From Octopus vulgaris (lineage: Eukaryota): a stretch of 64,000 nucleotides of DNA. A program made the translations under genes and the position numbers. Below the pieces are notes generated by a model. That model saw only the letters and a list, made by a program, of their open reading frames with translations. It was not told the origin of the DNA and searched no databases. The stretch spans positions 96,844,001 to 96,908,000 of the forward strand of contig OX597816.1 in assembly GCA_951406725.2 (NCBI GenBank). Direction: 5' to 3'. How positions within the stretch are numbered: position 1 is the first letter of the stretch; each line of letters begins with the position of its first letter. This document shows positions 1 to 13,505 of this stretch, piece by piece.

Positions 1-69
1 GCTAAAAGTGTGTAGTAACATGTGAAATTTTGAAAGATTTTAAACGAACCAGATATTGTCAATGTTTTT

Positions 70-1330
70 CTTGGGATGGCCATACTTATAAGAACAATTA
101 TTTGTAGTTTTGAAATTTTGGGTTTAACCTGGTATTTGACAACAGTATGTGAGTGTGCAATTTTGTTATCATACCCAAAGCCCCAATGATTGCAGGCAGT
201 CATCATCCTTAGACCTTTTTTACAAAAACCTTGTATTCACTAAACTTTTTGAATATTTCCACAGAGGTGTCGTAGTCTGCTGGGACTGACAGTTTTATAA
301 GCAAATGTTTTACCAATGTGATTTTGCACCTCAATATCTGATCTATTGGCCTGAGCAGCTCAATTAATTTGAGTACTACATTTCCAAAGAACACTGATAT
401 CTTTATTTTTACTACTTTGGCAGGTTTGTGTTCCTACCAATTCTTCTAGTATGGTAATTCAAACTGATGGAATATGATCTAGAGTAAATACTGACCAAGT
501 CTATCATAATGATTAATAGACTCAATTGAATTTAACATAGAACAACCACTGATGAGATGATAAAATGCTTCTCTGATTGTACCACAGATGTGGCAAGAAA
601 GATCAGCACCATTTTTAAGAATGTTAATTTAGTGAGTTTTAGGAAGGAAACACTAATCTTGAGCTCTCTGTTTCCAATTTAAGTCCAGATGCAGACAGCC
701 ACTTATGAATCATATTTATATCAATATCTGAATTGCCTGATTTTGTAGGGTATTTGCTATTAAATGTTTTACTTTTCCATGTATTTCGCAGCTCTGCAAT
801 TTCATTTGATTTGGCTTGTGCTTTAATTCTTTTGCTTTCACAGCAGGTTCTTTTGTTTCATCTAGTTGCACCTGTCTCAGTGATTTTTAGTTCCTTTACT
901 TTTTTTTGCTTCTTCTAATATTGAGTGCGAATCTTTAGTAATTTCATTTTTGCAAACAATTTAAAGGATCCATACATGAGTGGTCTTTAGACAGGAGTCT
1001 AATCCTATGGTTACTGTCTTTAAAGACAAATGTAGCTGCATCAGTTCATGTCCTCCATCTTTTAGTTAGATGCACAGTCTGTCTACATCTGCCTTAAGAC
1101 AAGGCATTCAATGCATTGTGAGAAGTTTGCATATTATTGGTTAATGGAACATTTTATATTACAGCTGTTGGCCGTGATGGGTATCACTAAGGTATTGATG
1201 GCATCAATCTTGTTTCCTGCATTAAGTTCACTCTTTAGGATCGCTTTCTCTGTTTGGTAGCATTCTTTCCATATTTTTTCAGGTATCTGTGAATGCTGGA
1301 TGCCATCTCCTTCACACACCTAAATACTTT
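70..1330 (-). mobile_element. Degenerate R4/Dong-type (RLE) non-LTR retrotransposon, 3' part
   Basis: Minus-strand fragments across frameshifts read HKWLSASGLKLETE, SCHICGTIREAFYHLISGC (CCHC knuckle), QANRSDI (RPD-like) and IIGALGMI. These match the R4/Dong-like copies at 4-5.7 kb and 41.7 kb. Confidence 0.7.
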
Positions 1331-1639
1331 TAGTTTTCCTCAGGATCTAATTCCTTAATTAAGGTAATCTTGTCAAGTTGTATGTTGTACATATTCAACA
1401 GTTTTTCTTTAAAAATCTGGCTTTAGTGTAGTTATCAAGGCTAAACTCCATTGCAATATTCTTACTAAATTTCACTTTAGTTAAAAGCTATTTCAGTTGT
1501 GAATCATCTTTCACAAAAGAGCTTTGATTCATTCATGCAAAGGCGGCAATGGCTTGATATCATTATTAAGACCCTGATGAATTTAGATCAATCAAAAGAT
1601 TTTCAATGGGTCAACCAAAATTGCTAGGAAGTTGTCAAG

Positions 1640-2710
1640 AAATCAGCCAGTATTCTGGACTGACAGTCCAGTTAAGCTGCACAGGGTTTGGTTTGATCCC
1701 AACCTCCAGGTGGTCAGGAACTGAAATGAGGTGACAAACTGGATGGCCAGTCTTACCCAGAAATGAACCAAGCTAAATCTATCCATGAAAGGGAAGTTGG
1801 GATGCAAAAGTGGAAATTACCTGCATTGCCTCCATTACTGCTTACCAACTGAACATTGTGCCTCACCCCAGTTACTATTTGATCAGATTGGAATATCTGT
1901 TATTCAATGTTTTGTGGAAGGGAATTGTTCTACAGGCCAAGCAGTTCAACTACTACCAGCACTTTCTGCTTAGGCGGCTTATGCACATCATAGCTGCTGG
2001 TGGGCAGGCGTATGATGAGGTTGCACCACCAACAAAAATTTTCAGTCAATGGCTGTGTAGGCACCATTTGTGAGGCATAAACTGGGAGCCTGGCATCTAG
2101 AATTTCATCAGGTGTTGACCACCCACTGTCAATCAGGTAATGGGATCAGTGAGCATTCTCTTTTAGTAATCTATAGTGGAGTAGCAACAGAAAAGAATGA
2201 AGACATTTTCAAGGAGATTTTGGGCATGAATGAAAACAAACTGCCTAGTCTGTTCGAGAAGACTCTTTGATTGGGGCCTATCATGAATAACTTTCAGAGC
2301 TCTTTGGCCTGGCAGTGCTATTAAGGGGCACTACCAATTTGTGATAAGCTCTCCAGGCAGGGAAATACTGTTAGACAAGCATGTCCAAGATGTGTTCACA
2401 GCAAAACCATTTTACAAACACTCATTCAGTGCCCAACTATTGCTGACTCATGGACAAATGCAAAAATGCTGCTACCATATGGGGGAGAAATCCAACTACT
2501 AGCAAAATCCATAGTGATGATACGCTGCTGCATTTCTTTAACCAGGTGACAGAGGTAGTTTTACTTTCTTTGGTGGAAGCAGTGAAAGAAATTGCGAGGT
2601 GGATAAAGCTGAAAGGTATGAGGACAAGGACTTGCTTCTTAAGTATAGCCCTAATCAACTTTTCCCAGTTCCATCTGAGAGGGAAAATGAGGATGGAAGG
2701 GAGTTAATGT
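1640..2710 (+). mobile_element. Degenerate Tx1/L1-clade LINE fragment (post-RT region and zinc knuckle)
   Basis: Broken frames give VWFDPNLQ, KLNLSMKGK, CIASITAYQLNIVPHP..LEYLLFNVLWKG and CPRC..TILQTLIQCP, typical of Tx1/L1 ORF2 C-termini. Confidence 0.6.
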
Positions 2711-2898
2711 TCTTAAGTAAATCATTTGAAGTGGGTGATGAAAGTGTCAAAAATGGTAAGAGTGAATGACACCACTCTTAGTATAAGTCAGTAAGTCAGA
2801 GTACTTGCCCTTAGTGTTTAGGAAGCTCTTTGATAGTGGGGTTCCTTGATTGACCCTGGAAGTCCTCCTGTATCAGCAGGATTGCATCATCATCACAA

Positions 2899-3085
2899 GG
2901 AGGCAAGCTAGCTGAATCATTAGTACACTGGACAAAATGCTTAGCAGCAATTTGTCCATTTTACATCCTGAGTTCTAATTTTATTGAGGATCACTTCGTC
3001 TTTCATCATTTCAGGGTTGATGAAATAAGTAGTGGTTGAGCACTAACACTAACCCCTCACAATTTGAGTCTTGTACCTTTAGTAG
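2899..3085 (+). mobile_element. Old tRNA-type SINE (family A, Nin-domain-like core), interrupted by a solo LTR; tail resumes at 3956-3980
   Basis: Degenerate match to the intact copies at 34701 and 43101. The tail cttgtacctttagtag|gtagaaagaattattatt matches the 43290-43325 tail once the insertion is removed. Confidence 0.75.
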
Positions 3086-3955
3086 TGTAGTGACGCAAGT
3101 CATAATAATAAACTTTTATCGGCGGTAATATGACATAATAGTCATGTTTCCCGAATAGGTATAATTGTTAGTTTCCCATTGGTTAAAATTACTGCCCATA
3201 TTTGAATTATAAACTTTCGTCAAAGAGAAATCTTTCAGAAAATACAGTTCTTAGAATTCAGATATGAGCAGTTATAAAAACACTGATTTTTGGGAGATTA
3301 ATAAGTGATCGTTGGTTGTTACTCAACTCCATGACACTTACACCAATGTTTATTGGTTGTCACTCATTTCCACAACACTCACTCCTTTGAGATATTGGTT
3401 ATTTTTATGCCATGTCTATTACTTAATTCAACAAGGCTATTTTGAATTCTGGTGTAAATCTCTAGTAACTTAAGAAAAGATAAGTAATATAAATTTTGTC
3501 GTAATCCTCTACGACAATTTTCTTTTGACTTACAAATGTACTTTAAATATTAAATGAAAGTAAATAAACTAATCTAGTAAATACTTTCTCTTTCTTCATT
3601 TTCTTCAGCCTGTTAATGAAATTTATTTCTACAAATATGAAACTGTTATTATAGCGTTGAAAAAGCGTGAGCATTATTTATCTTTAGCATACATGTACTT
3701 CCAATGTTTTGGTGGTGTATAATTCATTACGGCATTTACATAGCTTGAGTTAAGATTTATGTATAGTGTTAATACTTATAATTAAGTAATAAGTGACGAG
3801 TTTATCACCATAGATTTCTACTCAGTAAACATCTATATCTATTATCTATTCCAAGTTCGAACACGTTATAAATTGGTGACATTATAAATAAGATAATCTT
3901 AGCCCATTATAAACTAGATAAAACACCCTTATAAAAGTGGTAACACACCGTTATA
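3086..3955. mobile_element. Solo LTR-like element (870 bp) with 4-bp TSD gtag
   Basis: Termini are TGTAGTG...CGTTATA (decayed TG...CA), with gtag at 3082-3085 and 3956-3959. Homologous in inverted orientation to 47983-48747. Confidence 0.7.
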
Positions 3956-3980
3956 GTAGAAAGAATTATTATTATTATTT

Positions 3981-5680
3981 GATGAAAATTTCTCAGCTTA
4001 TTTTGCTAGGTATAATGAAAAATATCTGCCAGCAGACTAAAGTGACACTTGTTTACTGGTCACGCTTCAAGAACCCTGCAAAGAATTCTTGTGCCATTCC
4101 AAGCAATGCTGATTCCTGTAGGTATTCTATCTTTACATTTGAGCCACATTGGTAGTTGAGTACTGATACTTCCAAGCATGCCAATAACTATTGGTATCAT
4201 GTTCACTCTCCTCATTGACCACAACCTTCGTATTTCCCACTTCAACTTACCATATTCTATGTCAATCATCATGCAAGTTTTTCCCTTTTTCTCACTACAG
4301 CAATGTCCAATTTCTGATGTCTGGTCAGGCGATTGCACTGAATCATTGCCTCCCTCAGGATTTTACAATCTTCATTCTCAGTACTCCTTCTGGGTTTTGC
4401 TCATATGTCTTTGCTCTTTGTAGGCTGTGATTTCCAGTGCTCCCAACAGATCATTTTTGCCACACTGTCATGTCATCATTTGTAATCAAATTGTACCAAT
4501 TTTGGGCATTTGATAACAATGTACCATACTGTTTCACCCTTCTCACCACACATTTTGCATTTATCACTCTCAGTAGCGTTGTCAATTCTGCACTTCACAT
4601 AATTAGTCCTTAATGATTGTTCTTGTGCTGCGCATATGAGTGCTTCTGTCTCTATCTTCAGGTCACTCCTCCTCATCCATAGCCACCGATCTTCTATATC
4701 TGTCTCGGTGTTTGTATCTCTTGCAAACTGACCATACATTTTTCTCTCCTTCCATGCTGTTTCTTTTTTTGTGTTCTTTTCCTTATTAAGTTTTTCTTTC
4801 TTTACCCAATTATCAATTTTGATGATGCCAGACTTCTTCAAATGTTTCAGTATTCTTTACATACCATCCTAAGCAGTTTTTCTCTGCTTTGATACAATCT
4901 TAGCAGCTGATCAAACCTCTCCCACCTTTTCTTCTTGACAAGTATAGCCTATTGGTGTCACTCTTAAGGTGGAAGATACCATGCACTGTCAATATTTTTC
5001 TTCATATCCATGTTCATCAGTTCTTCCTTATGCCAGTTTATGATTCCAGCTCCATATTGAAGTGATGCTACTGTCCATGTATTAACTGCTTGGATTTTAT
5101 TCCATCTGGTCAATTTTACAACACCAATCTTAGACTTCAGAAATATTCCATCCTCAATTGTTCTTTCATTTCCTCTACATTATCCTGTTGAACTCTAGTA
5201 TGCTAAGGTATTTGTAGCCTTCCTTTTCAATTTGTTTAACCAGTTCTCTATCAAGTAATTTTATCCCTGCTAGGAACTGTACCATGCCTTTTTTCTGGTA
5301 CATTACACCACATTTCTTGAGTCCAAATTCCATTCTAATATCAACACTAAAACAGTGAACCATATTCACCAAAGAACTCACTTGTGCCTCATCCTTGCCA
5401 TACAGCTTTAAATCATCCATGAAGAAGAGGTGGTTGATTGTTTGAGATTTTCCCTTTAGCAGATATCCCTGATATCTCAGGTTCACTTTTCAAAGTATCA
5501 AGGTCAGAGGGATCATGCAGAGAATGAAAAGCAACAGAGATAAGCTTTCGCCTTGGAAAATCCCTCTTCTGATGCCCAGGGTGCACCCCACCATACTTCT
5601 CTTCAGAAAGCGCGCTACATTCCTCGCAATTCCAAACAAATCTAAGCACTCAATGATCCATGAATGTGCCAAAATAGGAA
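3981..5680 (-). mobile_element. 5'-truncated R4/Dong-type non-LTR retrotransposon (RT, CCHC, RLE), frameshifted
   Basis: ORF pieces RGIFQGESLSLLLF, INHLFFMDDLKLY (RT), WMRRSDLKIETEALICAAQEQ, CKMCGEKGETVWYIVIKC and IPIVIGMLG. The 3' end abuts a (TAA)n run. Confidence 0.9.
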
Positions 5681-5984
5681 AAAAAAATATTGCAATTTCA
5701 AGATATGATAATTATTAAAACATTTAAGTTTTCAAGTCTGAAATATATAAAAATCTACTCAAAAAATCACTATTGCTATAGTGAGAATCCTGTAGATAGA
5801 TCTGAACAAGCAGATTTTTACACAAGGTTTAGCAATTGATAATTTAGTAACCAACAAACACATCACTTTAGATTAATTTTAGACTTCCATGTTAACATCT
5901 TTATTAAAAAATGGATCTCCTAACCAGTTTTCTGTTAAGTAAATTGAAACTTGTAAATTAAAATGAATTATCCATCTACATAAT

Positions 5985-6190
5985 ATTGGTTTCAGGTTTT
6001 GGCACAATGCCAGCAATTTTGTGGGAAGGGATAAATCAATTACATTAACCCCAGTGCTTAACTGGTACTTATTTTATCAACCTTAAACAGATGAAAGGCA
6101 ATCATCCTTTGAACTTAGAATGCAAAGTTGGAAGAAATGCTGCAAAGCATTTTTCCCCATGTGCTAATGATTCTGCCAGCTTACTGCCCT
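5985..6190 (-). mobile_element. Old SINE family A copy
   Basis: actggtacttattttatc...gatgaaaggc...gtgctaatgattctgccagc is a CpG-decayed version of the 28940 and 59371 copies. Confidence 0.7.
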
Positions 6191-8310
6191 ATCCAAGTAC
6201 ATAACATTGCAATATTAAGTATACATTCTAATTATTATAATTATTTTTTACATCATACAATCATACACATACTTGAATATTAGAAACAAGCTTACTACAT
6301 AAGACTCATTTCTAACCTTAAAAATAAATATGATTAATGTCTAGAAATGAATATTATGGATGTGCTTTTAACTTTTAAAAATAAAAAAACATACTTAAAA
6401 ATTAAAGTTTAATGGCCAAGTTTTGAAGAACTATTAGTGTTCAAGTCTTTGCCTCTTTAAGATGTGTGCTAATATTTGTTGAGTCATCATTTATGAATAT
6501 ACCACTACAAGACATTTATTGCGTTACATTACATTATACAAAATTTTTTCAAAAGATATTCAAAATAATATGAAATCTATTAAGACTTTTAGTAGGGTTC
6601 GTTTCTGGTGAAATTTTCTTAATTCATTTTGAAAATGTCTCTATCTCTTATCATTCTTTATCAAAATACATTGTGCTAAGCTAATTTACAAAACCTGAAA
6701 GTACAATTTTAGATACTTAAACCTATTATATTATACATGCTACTCCACAGCTACTGCCTCTAATAATAATTCCACCTTTGGATAATAAATAAACTAAAAG
6801 GAAAATTTACAGTGAACTTGAGTTTATTGAACAAGAAATATCAAAATTACTACTAAACTAATGTTGCCTTGTATGATGGATATTTTAAAAAGTGATGCTA
6901 GTATTTTTGTCTAAAAATATGAAACTTAGAATAGACAATGTTCTCTGACAAAATTGATGAAAATGCATTTAGCTTTGTGGAGAGACAAATATAGCATTAT
7001 TGAATCAACTGATTTTAAAAGTATGTTCCCAAGGATGACTAGAAAATTCAATTTTTATTTAATATGTCCTTCAAAATTATATCATAAAATATTTTAAATT
7101 TTATTCCATCAAGTTTTTCTGGGGTTTCTTTTTTATATTTTGGTTCATATAAAATGATTTAAGTTTTGTTACCTACATTTCCAAAAATATACTCAACATC
7201 TGCATGCATTTTTTCTATTTATCTTTTTCAAAATAAAGATACTCCTTTAAAGCTGAAATAATTTTTCTAACAATAATTTTTTTGAAATACTTTAAAAAAT
7301 GTTTTAATTTCTCTAAATAACTGAGAATATTTAAATATATAAAATGAAATAATATTCAAGTATTTGTAAAAAATATCTATGTTTATATATAAGTCCTGCA
7401 ATAAGTGAACAGATTAAAGCTTGTCCTCTGTCTTGCCAGCTCTTGTCAAACCAGCCAACCCATGCCAGCACATGGAAAATGAATATTAAATGAGAATGAG
7501 GAAACTCTTGCATTTGAGATATCTTCTATGTTTTTACAAAATAGTTCTTATATACTGATGACTAGAAATATTAGCTTTTCCAATACGATCTCCAAAAATT
7601 TGATCATAGATATATTTCTTACATTCTAGAGATAATAGTGCAAGGATTATAATATAATTGTAGTGTTTGCATGAGATTCACTAAAACTCCATTTCCCAAT
7701 GAGGTTTTAAATTAAAATTAGGCATGTTCAACCTTTTTTAAAAGTTCTTATTTTTCTTGTACTTGTCTTATCTATGTTTTAAATCTATATTAATTGCTGA
7801 TTTCTCCTTTTAATTTCTTTATCTTACAGAATAAATATCTAATCTGAAATTGAAAATATATTTACATGGCTTTATTCGGTGTAGCTAATCTAATAACACG
7901 ATTTTAATGAGGTTATTGTATTACTGTGAAGAGCAATTGAAAACTCTTTGAAAATTTACATAACTAATTACACAGAATAGGGGTGGGAGAGAAAGAAACT
8001 TCCTCAAGGAAAGGAGAGAAAAGTTCATTCTAAGGTACACTTGGAATTGTTGAGCAAAGTTGGTATTTTTATTTAAAAGTTCTTTTATCATTATTTATTG
8101 TTGATCACCCACATCAATAAACACCATTTCAGAAATTATATAAACTAAAATTAAACATATATCTCTTTCTTTTTTCACATTCAGTTTTATTTCCAATCTC
8201 AACTGAAAAACCTAATTAATGATTAAGTATATGTGTACAGATTACATATGGACACACACACACATGCACCTATGTGTAGGTAATATATGTATAATATATA
8301 TATATATATA

Positions 8311-9165
8311 TCATCATCATCATCGTTTAGCGTCCGTTTTCCATGCTAGCATGGGTTGGACGGTTCTAGCGGGGTCTGTGAAGCCAGAAGGCTTCATCAG
8401 GCCCAGTCAAATCTGGCAGTGTTTCTATGGCTGGATGCCCTTCCTAACGCCAACCACTCCGTGAGTGTAGTGGGTGCTTTTTACGTGCCACCCGCACAGG
8501 TGCCAGACAGAGCTGGCAAACGGCCACGAACGGATGGTCCGTTGTATGTGCCACCGGCACGAGGGCCAGGCGAGGCTGGCAACGGACACGAACGGATGGT
8601 GCTTTTTACGTGCCACCGGCACGAGGCCTGTCGGGGCGGCGCTGGCAACGGTCGCGAAACGGAAGGTTCTCTTACATGCCACCGGCACTGGTAACACATC
8701 TGCAATTTCCATTGATCGATTTTGATTCTGATCCTCACTTGCCTCAACAGGTCTTCACAAGTAGAGTTTCGACATGCCTCCGGCACTGGTAACAGATCTG
8801 CAATTTCCATTCATCGATTTCGATTCTGATCCTCACTTGCCTCAACAGGTCTTCACAAGTAGAGTTTTGTGTCCCAAGAAGGGAAGGTATGCATACGTAG
8901 GCTGGCTCCATCCCATGTAGAAGGCCACGGGTTATGGACTCACTTGTCCTGCCGGGTCTTCTCGCGCACAGCACACTTCCAGAGGTCTCGGTCTCTAGTC
9001 ATTTCCTCAGTGAGACCTAAAGTTCGAAGGTCGTGCTTCACCACCTCGTCCCAGGTTTTCCTGGGTCTGCCTCTTCCGCAGGTTCCCTCAACCGCTAGGG
9101 TGTGGCACTTTTTCACACAACTATCTTCATCCATTCTCGCCACATGACCATACCTGCGCAAACGT
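8311..9165 (-). mobile_element. RTE-clade LINE 3' end (ORF C-terminus, repeat-rich 3' UTR, (GAT)n tail)
   Basis: ORF 8940-9161 RRYGHVARMDED...GRGRPRKTWDEVV..DL...RDLW. The 3' UTR has ggcgttaggaagggcatccagc and ends in a gatgatgat tail at 8311-8325. Confidence 0.92.
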
Positions 9166-9705
9166 CTCTATACATACATACATACATACATATATAAGGT
9201 GTATACCCAAATATAAAATTATTTCTTATATAAATACATATATATATATATTTATATATATATATACATATATATATAAAACACACACATGCATATATAT
9301 TTATGTATATGTATATCACATGCACTACATTTACCATATATCATGAACTGGTGGATACTGTAAGTTTCTGAATATGCCCCCTTTGAACTCATGAGCAAAG
9401 GCACTCTATTTTATTAGTCTGATATTCAGAAGCCCGCAACTTTTCAGCTGCCTACCACCTAAAGTAAACAAAAATATAAAAAGGACCTCAACTGAAATAT
9501 TAAAAAAAAACATTGGATAAACTCCCAGCAATAATACCAGACCAGCCAAGCATTCAAGGATATACTTAGAGAGTTCAGCTGTAAGAAACTCAATCATAGA
9601 CCAGCTTCCAGCTATAAAGTGACAACAAAACTTAAAGAAAATGAATTAAGGCAATGCATCATCATGACCAAATTCCTACAATTGAAAGTATTAAAATAAA
9701 AGAAT

Positions 9706-9707
<2 letters not shown>

Positions 9708-9736
<29 letters not shown>

Positions 9737-9890
9737 TGTTTAATGTCCACTTTCCATGCTGGCATGGGTTGGACAGTTTGACTGAGGACTGGCAAGCCAG
9801 GAGGCTGCACCAGACTCCAATCTGATCTGGCAAGGTTTCTACAGGTGGATGCCCTTCCTAATGCCAACTGATCCAAGACTGTATTGGGTG
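9708..9890 (-). mobile_element. RTE 3'-terminal fragment with (GAT)n tail
   Basis: Same terminal motif as the 8311 copy (ccatgctggcatgggttggac, ggatgcccttccta). Confidence 0.8.
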
Positions 9891-10639
9891 CTATATATGC
9901 ATATGTATAAAGCACACACACACTTGACTATATATGTGACACATCAGACTCAAATAGCCAGAGTCACATAGCTTCTATATGATTGGAAAGAGGAAAATAT
10001 GGTCAGCTAATTTTGTAAACAAAAAAATCCGGAACAAAACCCTTCAGGTAGAGCCTTGGGCTAGGCAGAGTTATCCTCCTTAGACAGGTGCAAGTTATGT
10101 CTACAACAAGCCTGCCAGAGATGTCCAAGGCTGGCAGCATTTCCCTAGTCAGCAAATGGTATAAACTGTTCATTTGTCCATCTGTGTATTTATGTATTTA
10201 TATAAGCACACACACACATATAGAAAAAGGACTTTGTTGTTTTCAATGTAGATTAACTTTTGTGTAAGCTCATTTCATTGTTTTGAACTTTCCAAATGTT
10301 GAAAGCCTAAAAATTTAGGCTTTTCGTATTAATATGTAATGATACTCTTCTAGCATTAATAAGAATAATAATAAGGGATATAAAAACAGGCCAACGAAAA
10401 ATATTTGGTTTGCTCCCTCCCTTTTCTCTTAATATAAAAACTAACATAAGTAAAGATTCCTGTCATTCCTAGACAAACATTTTCTAACAATTCACAGATA
10501 GAGGAAAATATTTAATAGGCATTCTGTGAAATAATTATATAGTTGCTGCCCCAGTATGAAGAGTATCATTATAAATGGTCAATACCAAAAGCATAAATTC
10601 TGTTGTAACTGTTGCAACTCAGGATCTTGTCCACATGAC

Positions 10640-11335
10640 CTACAGTGGTGAAGCATAACTTTCGAACATTAGGCTTCACCAAGGAAATAACTAGTAACTG
10701 AGACCTTTGGAAAAATGCTGTGCATGAGAAGAGCCAGCAAGCCAAGTGAGACCATAATCACGTGGCCTATGCCAGGGGTGTAACCAGTCCACTTATGCGT
10801 ACCTTTCCTTCACTGGACACTAAACTCTGCTTGCGAAGAGCTGTTGAGGCAATTGAAATCGAAATCAAATTTGCTGACTGGCATCTGTGCTAGTGGAGCA
10901 CTAAGAGCACCATCTGAGCATGATCGTTGCCAGAGCAGCTAACTGGCTTCCGTGCCAGTGGCATGTAAAAAGCACAATTCGAGTGTGATCATTACCAGTG
11001 TCGCCTTACTAGTACTTGTGCTGGTGACACATGACAAAACATTCGAGCAAGGTTGTTGCCAGTGCTGTTGGACTGGCTCCTGTGCAGGTGGCACGTAAAA
11101 AACATCATTTGAGCATGGCCAGTACCGCCTGACTGGCCCTCATGCCGGTGGCACATAAAAGCACTCACTACACTCTCGGAGTGGTTGGCATTAGGAAGGG
11201 CATCCAGCTGTAGAAACACTGCCAGATCAAATTGGAGCCTGATGCAGCCATCTGGTTTGCCAGTCTTCAGTCAAATCTTCCAACCCATGCTAGCATGGAA
11301 AGTGGATGTTAAATGATTATGATGATGATGATCAT
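10640..11335 (+). mobile_element. RTE 3' end inserted into the Penelope-like element
   Basis: VVKHNFRTLG...DLWKNAVHEK matches the 8940-9161 ORF, followed by the RTE 3' UTR and (GAT)n tail. Confidence 0.88.
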
Positions 11336-11941
11336 CATCATCATCATATACGAGACAGATATTGCTGCAATCCTAAATGATAATACAGTAGATAAGAAGA
11401 CCTATATTGGATTATGTAAAGGAGAATTTAAAAATGACTATGCCAATCACATAACCTCCTTCCAACATAAGGACAAAAAGCAAAGCTACTAAGTTGACTA
11501 GCTACATGTGGAGTTTCAAAGATAAGGAAACACCACATGTGATTAAATGGAAAATAATTGAGAAATCCATACCTTATGTTAATGGATCCAATAAATGTAG
11601 GCTTCATTTAACTGAAAGAACGCAGATCCTGTTCAGATCTAAGATCCTAAACTCTCTACTGAACTCTAGATCTGAAATTTTCAGCTGTTGCAAGCATATG
11701 TATAGATATATTTTGAAGAATTGAAAAATTCTATCTATTCCTGATTAACTTCTAGATATCTTTCCAGCCTTATCTAGGGTCTGATGAGGATAATTCTTTC
11801 AACTTATACAATTTAGTTTTTTTTTCCTTTTCTTTTTTGCTTTCCCTTTTTTTAACCATTCACATTTTCTATATGCTGCCTTCTCAGTTTTCACATTTCT
11901 TCTCTTCTTCAATTTTCTTAGTTCATTATGATATGTGATTT

Positions 11942-11998
11942 GTGCCTGATGAATATGTTAGAGATAGTTCACAACATACGAAACTATTAGTGTAGCAT
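11942..11998 (+). ncRNA. Minimal type I hammerhead ribozyme motif (Penelope pLTR)
   Basis: gtgc CTGATGA atatgtt(agagatagttcac)aacatac GAAAC tattagt GTA gcat: stem I, intact core, stem II and short stem III. Confidence 0.7.
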
Positions 11999-13099
11999 TT
12001 AAAGGCATGTATTGTGTCCTTTAAATAAATAATATATGTGTGTGTGTGTATACGTGTAGAAATATATATATATATATATATATATACCTACACACACACA
12101 CATATATATATATATATGTAGATATCTATATGTAGACATGTAGATATATCAATAAATGCCTGTTTTCCGTGATAGTTTGGGTTGGATGATTTAACAGGAT
12201 CTGCTGATCTGTGTTTCAGTATTAGCTTTGGCAAAGTTTTTACACTGAGTACAGGGTGCTTTCTTTTTCTTGCGTCACCAGTTAGGCTGCTGATTAACTC
12301 GCAAGATAGAAAATGAACAGGAGAAAAAGAAAAAGGTAATAGTTCCGGCTACTAAAAGCAAAGATATGGAGCAGAACATGGAGAGGAAGAAGCATTGGTA
12401 TCAACACCTCTATAGCTGCTTGCAGCATTTACTGACAGTGTATATTAAACAACTTGTTAAATGTTTAGCATTTAGGTACACCCTGGAACAGAAGGAGCTC
12501 TTGGGTATCTGTCTTTTCTCTACAAATACAGTTTGCATCTTGTACTGCTGTCAGATTAAGGCTTAAATTTTTCCAGTACCCTCCATCTAGTTTCGTATTT
12601 GATGGCTTTCTTTTTCAAATACTATATGTACATGCCAATGTACGTATAGTGTCTGAAACATGCCAAATGCTGGATGCATTGCTTTACTCTCTGGACCTGA
12701 CTTCTACATCATATACAATGACTTCTGTGTTACAGAAACCATTGAGCAGATATGCAGTGTTATCTCTACATGAGCAACAGGCACTAGTGCTATTTGTGGA
12801 CTTATTAAAAAAATACTCCTCATGTTAGCCATGCATCTGAATTAACCTTAAGTTTGTATTTATTAAATAACTTTCTATATTTAACTTATGTATGGGTAGA
12901 AAATGGACCTAACATTTAAAGAGAAAATCATTTAATAGCTACATACTTAAGGTTTCCGTCAATTATACAGCCCACAAAAAGAGTATCCTTTCATAGAACT
13001 CCACTTCTAAGTACATAACAAATGGTGGCTATAACACTGGGAAATCTATCATATATATATATATATAAACACACACACACATATATATGCATACATACA

Positions 13100-13308
13100 C
13101 TTTTACTCTTTTACTTGCTTCAGTCATTTGACTGCAGCCATGCTGGAGCACTGCCTTTAGATCGACTCCAGGACTTATTCTTTGGAAGCCTAATACTTAT
13201 TCCATCAGTCTCTTTTGCCGAACTGCTAAGTTACAGGTATGTTAACACATCAGCATCGGTTGTCAAGCAATGTTGGGGTGGGGGACAAACAGGGACACAC
13301 AAACATAC

Positions 13309-13357
<49 letters not shown>

Positions 13358-13505
13358 ACAGGTTTCTTTCAGTTTTTGTCTACCAAATCAACTCACAAGA
13401 CTTTGGTTGGCCTGAGGCAATAGTAGAAGACACTTGCCCAAGGTGCCACGCCGTGGGAATGAATCTTAACCATGTGGTTAGTAAGCAAGCTACTCACCAC
13501 ACACA
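13100..13505 (-). mobile_element. tRNA-type SINE family B
   Basis: Matches the better-preserved copy at 54415-54831 (agtagaagacacttgcccaaggtgccacg; gaactgctaagttac). Confidence 0.8.

Larger units (their letters stand above)
10380..12035 (+). mobile_element. Penelope-like element 3' part (linker, GIY-YIG endonuclease, pseudo-LTR), split by an RTE insertion
   Basis: IWF.PP, LDKHF and YSCCPSMKSII lie before the insertion. KTYIGLCKGEFK, YANHITSF and IKWKIIEKSIPYVNGSNKCRL lie after it. A hammerhead motif follows in the 3' region. Confidence 0.85.

Noticed and set aside
1570-1613. gacc CTGATGA ... gggtc hammerhead-like motif
   Set aside because: No GAAA box, no stem II pairing and no NUH site in register.
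7174-7252. Minus-strand ag...gt bounded segment
   Set aside because: Stops in all three frames.
8470-8700. Repeat-spacer-like pattern suggesting CRISPR
   Set aside because: Units are degenerate tandem repeats with related spacers inside a LINE UTR; eukaryotic context and no cas genes.
8356-8810. Overlapping GC-rich ORFs (also 29.8-30.8 kb)
   Set aside because: They lie in RTE 3' UTR repeats and show no protein-family signal.
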